From: Octopus sinensis
Lineage: Eukaryota
NCBI RefSeq assembly: GCF_006345805.1
Contig: NW_021829193.1
Coordinates: forward strand, 1-6,968
DNA length: 6,968 bases
Reading direction: 5' to 3'
Part shown: piece after piece, positions 6,449-6,968 of the stretch
Layout of the letters: each line of letters opens with the position of its first letter
Position numbering within the stretch: position 1 is the first letter of the stretch
The notes under the pieces: generated by a model
The model's input: the letters and a program-made list of their open reading frames with translations, nothing else
What the model was told of the DNA's origin: nothing
Database searches by the model: none
Program-made: the position numbers and the translations under genes

Positions 6449-6551
6449 GCACACATACATACATGTACGTATGTATGTATATACATACATACGTACATGT
6501 ACATACGTACATACATACGTACATGTATGTATGTATGTATGTACATACATG
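6449..6551. repeat. Mixed (ACAT)n/(ATGT)n tract with strict purine-pyrimidine alternation
   Basis: All 103 positions from 6449 to 6551 alternate R/Y. Confidence 0.95.
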
Positions 6552-6968
6552 GTGGCTGCCCCCTCGTTATCGAGTATGGCCATTGCACAAAGCTTAATCA
6601 ATGTTGTTATCGTGCAATGCCTGTGCAAGAAGATTTTTTTGTAAAGTGAGGAAAGGCTGTGCACTGAGTCAATCCCACTCACTAAGCAACAGCACCCATA
6701 ATCCGAAAAGAAGAACAAGTCAACATCATCGGTAACCACTGAGCTGCAGGTTTTATGTCGGAGTTATCCCAGTTACCCGAGTTACCTTCTCCTAGAAGGA
6801 TGCCCTAACAAAGGCTAGGAGTCCTTCACTCCCAATGGTTTGACCGCGCGATTGGGTATTCAGTCCGATTATTTCTATGTCCCCGCGCATAAAAAAAGTT
6901 TAGGACATTTATTAGATAGCCGTTGACTCTCAAGAGTTCCTCCGCCCTTTGATGGGTTTTGTTTTTCA
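6549..6968 (-). mobile_element. Probable RTE-clade LINE 5'-region fragment without ORF (runs off the right edge)
   Basis: Minus-strand AGCCTTTGTTAGGGCATCCTTCTAGGAGAAGGTAAC (~6781-6816) resembles the CCTTGG...GGCAACC..TCTAGGAGAAGG motif I recall from RTE 5' regions. No endonuclease-like ORF follows, and the fragment ends in the 6449-6551 microsatellite. Confidence 0.4.

Noticed and set aside
1877-6739. ORFs rich in YI/HT/CV/YV (1877-2076, 4965-5275, 5696-5878, 6299-6739, 6415-6597)
   Set aside because: These are translations of microsatellites and flanking repeats, with no recognisable domain.

Overview
No protein-coding gene, true tRNA or rRNA is supported. The window is non-coding, repeat-dense eukaryotic DNA. 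The SINE families and microsatellites look like an Octopus (coleoid cephalopod) genome, but that is from my recall and was not checked against a database. Three tRNA-derived SINE families occur, labelled here family 1, 2 and 3. Two of them have turned into tandem repeats: a 51-bp x ~15 minisatellite made from the family-1 3' stem-loop (163-920), and a ~190-bp x 9 family-3 head-plus-headless-unit array (3070-4755). A second, inverted family-3 copy (2172-2470) shares an unusual dimer junction with that array. The right third holds microsatellites, a 118-bp inverted repeat next to a degenerate hammerhead-like core, a probable non-autonomous Helitron-like fragment and a probable RTE-LINE 5'-region fragment. 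All supplied ORFs are best explained as by-products of repeats.
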